A DNA stretch of 7,538 bases, taken from IMG/VR virus record IMGVR_UViG_3300029157_000009, positions 1 through 7,538 of that record. One strand, given 5' to 3'. Source of the DNA: a virus (Duplodnaviria; Heunggongvirae; Uroviricota; Caudoviricetes). Shown one piece after another: positions 6,156 to 7,538 of the stretch. The notes below the pieces were generated by a model, which saw nothing but the letters and a program-made list of their open reading frames with translations, did not search any database and was not told where the DNA came from. The translations under genes and the position numbers were made by a program. The stretch's first letter is position 1; every line of letters starts with the position of its first letter.

Positions 6156-7442
6156 TTACTGCCCCAAAGATGGAAGATATCCGTAGCGATTAATGAAGTC
6201 GATTGACAGCTCGGGGTGCTGCTTCAGGTAATCTATAGAAGCCTGAGGCGCTTCCACTCGCTTGATACCGTTTTGCTGAACGTACTTACCAACCGCCTCA
6301 TTACGCTTCTGGTTGAGCGTGTTCAGGATGACGCCAGCGTTGCGACGAAAGGACTCCTCGCTCTGCGAGTTCTGCAGCGAACCAACAGCCTGGTCGAGCT
6401 TTTTGCCCTCGGCATCAGAAAGTGCGCCCATGCCTCGCATGGCCTGAACCGCTGTCAGGTATGCTTGTGATTTAAAGGTATCAAGTCGTGCCTGAGTGTC
6501 TGCAGCCTGTGAGCCTGGAACGTTGGGGATTACTCCACGTAAGCCTGTAATGCTCTTAAGTGAAGGAGAGCTAACGATATCGTTCAGAGTGAACATGCTG
6601 GTTGTGAGGGTGTTGATGCCGTCTTTGTAGCCATCATTTAGCGCTTGCTGCTTCTGCTGCAACTGCTGGTTGTTGGCTGCTATGCGGCTCTGTATTTCCT
6701 GGCGCTTCAGGTCGTTAGTTTCTGCTGATAGCATCCGGTCAAGGCGCTTATTTTCGTTGTTAATGCGGTTTGTTTCTGCGTCCAGATTAATGCGCTGCTG
6801 ACCTAAATTCGCCTGGATATCTTGTCCGCGCATTGTGATTGCCTGATTCCGAGCGGCGGTTTGCGAATCCAGATCCTGACCGCGCATGGTAACCTGGCGA
6901 CCCTGCATTTTATCCTGTAGGTCAAAGTATTTTTCGGGCCCGAGACTGTTCATCCCCAGGTGATCGACAAATTCGCCGAACTGCCGCGGATTCTGTTGGT
7001 ACATCTGAGCGACGTCATGAGGATTAACGCCAACACGAGCTAACTCACCGGCGTTGTTTTGCAGCCATGATTGCATTGCTTCTGGAGACGATGACGCAAG
7101 GCGTGCGCCAGCAGCTAAGGTGCCGATAGAATTACGCTGCTCTTCATCAATGAATCCCATGCCTTTACGAACGGATTCAATCTGGTCTGGATATTGAGTA
7201 GCCAACTGACGCAAAGCACCGCGATCACCAGACGCATAAGCATTAGCGTACGCCTGCTGAAATTCTTTCTGCCGCTGAGCCTGCTTTTCCTGCTGAAACA
7301 CCCCCGCAATACCAGAAAGACCTTGCAAAGCTGTCAGCCCAACATTGTTAGCGCCTGAACGCTCAATATCATTGTTCTGCCTGATAAGCTGAAGCGTGTT
7401 GCCGATGTCATTTACGGTGTGCCCGGAGTTCAGGGCGGGCAT
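6156..7442 (-). CDS. Virion ejection (DNA-transfer) protein in the P22 gene-20 position
   Basis: This is a 428-aa ORF, Gln-rich, with a weak internal duplication of the motif TMRGQD (residues ~185-190 and ~203-208; DNA ~6786-6893). Codon usage matches the neighbouring ejection gene. It is tightly packed and co-directional with the SLT-domain protein (stop/start TAAATG). The assignment rests on position and size; I cannot recall the P22 gp20 sequence well enough to claim direct homology. Confidence 0.8.
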   Translation of the reverse strand: MPALNSGHTVNDIGNTLQLIRQNNDIERSGANNVGLTALQGLSGIAGVFQQEKQAQRQKEFQQAYANAYASGDRGALRQLATQYPDQIESVRKGMGFIDEEQRNSIGTLAAGARLASSSPEAMQSWLQNNAGELARVGVNPHDVAQMYQQNPRQFGEFVDHLGMNSLGPEKYFDLQDKMQGRQVTMRGQDLDSQTAARNQAITMRGQDIQANLGQQRINLDAETNRINNENKRLDRMLSAETNDLKRQEIQSRIAANNQQLQQKQQALNDGYKDGINTLTTSMFTLNDIVSSPSLKSITGLRGVIPNVPGSQAADTQARLDTFKSQAYLTAVQAMRGMGALSDAEGKKLDQAVGSLQNSQSEESFRRNAGVILNTLNQKRNEAVGKYVQQNGIKRVEAPQASIDYLKQHPELSIDFINRYGYLPSLGQ

Positions 7443-7538
7443 GGATGCTTAAATGAACCGCGAGTCTGTCTGGAATATTGAACCGGTAACTCACGATGAG
7501 AAACCCAACAATCCCACCGGGTGTGACGGTGGAGAACC
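7443..7538 (-). CDS. Probable 3' end of an upstream co-directional gene (gene-7-like ejection protein?) truncated by the window edge; reading frame unresolved
   Basis: On the minus strand, two of the three frames are open from the window edge through the start of the gene-20-like CDS and would end at 7430 or 7408, overlapping that gene. The third frame ends at a TGA at 7493-7491. P22-like late operons are tightly packed, so a gene ending here is expected, but 96 nt is too little to choose the frame. Confidence 0.25.

Noticed and set aside
5781-7309. Short ORFs 5781-6134 (+), 6216-6470 (+) and 7115-7309 (-)
   Set aside because: They lie antisense or out of frame within the SLT-domain and gene-20-like CDSs and have no independent support.
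1-7538. CRISPR arrays, tRNA/rRNA genes, integrase/attachment site, transposase or insertion-sequence ends
   Set aside because: I saw no spaced direct-repeat array, no cloverleaf-compatible tRNA-like segment, and no recombinase or transposase ORF. The window appears to hold only phage structural, regulatory and cargo genes.

Overview
This window reads as the virion-structural end of a P22-like temperate podovirus, most likely a prophage in an enterobacterial host. All homology calls below come from my recollection of P22 protein sequences and visible motifs; no database search was run. On the minus strand, in phage transcription order: the 3' tip of an upstream gene cut by the window edge; a 428-aa ejection protein in the P22 gene-20 position; a 797-aa ejection protein with an N-terminal lytic transglycosylase (SLT) domain, whose start abuts the preceding stop (TAAATG); and a 707-aa tailspike whose first ~115 residues closely match the P22 gp9 head-binding domain while the rest is a divergent beta-helix receptor-binding domain. 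Between the ejection genes and the tailspike, on the plus strand, lies an Mnt-like ribbon-helix-helix repressor followed by a possible 25-codon hydrophobic mini-ORF; no arc, ant or sieA partner is present in this window. At the left end, convergent on the tailspike and separated from it by a clean intrinsic terminator, is a markedly AT-rich, 5'-truncated multi-pass membrane protein with a C-terminal soluble domain, sitting where P22 carries gtrC; I read it as a candidate serotype-converting cargo gene. No tRNA, rRNA, CRISPR array or transposase is visible. The points most worth follow-up are the orphan Mnt-like repressor placed divergently against the tailspike, the mosaic tailspike, and the low-GC membrane protein.
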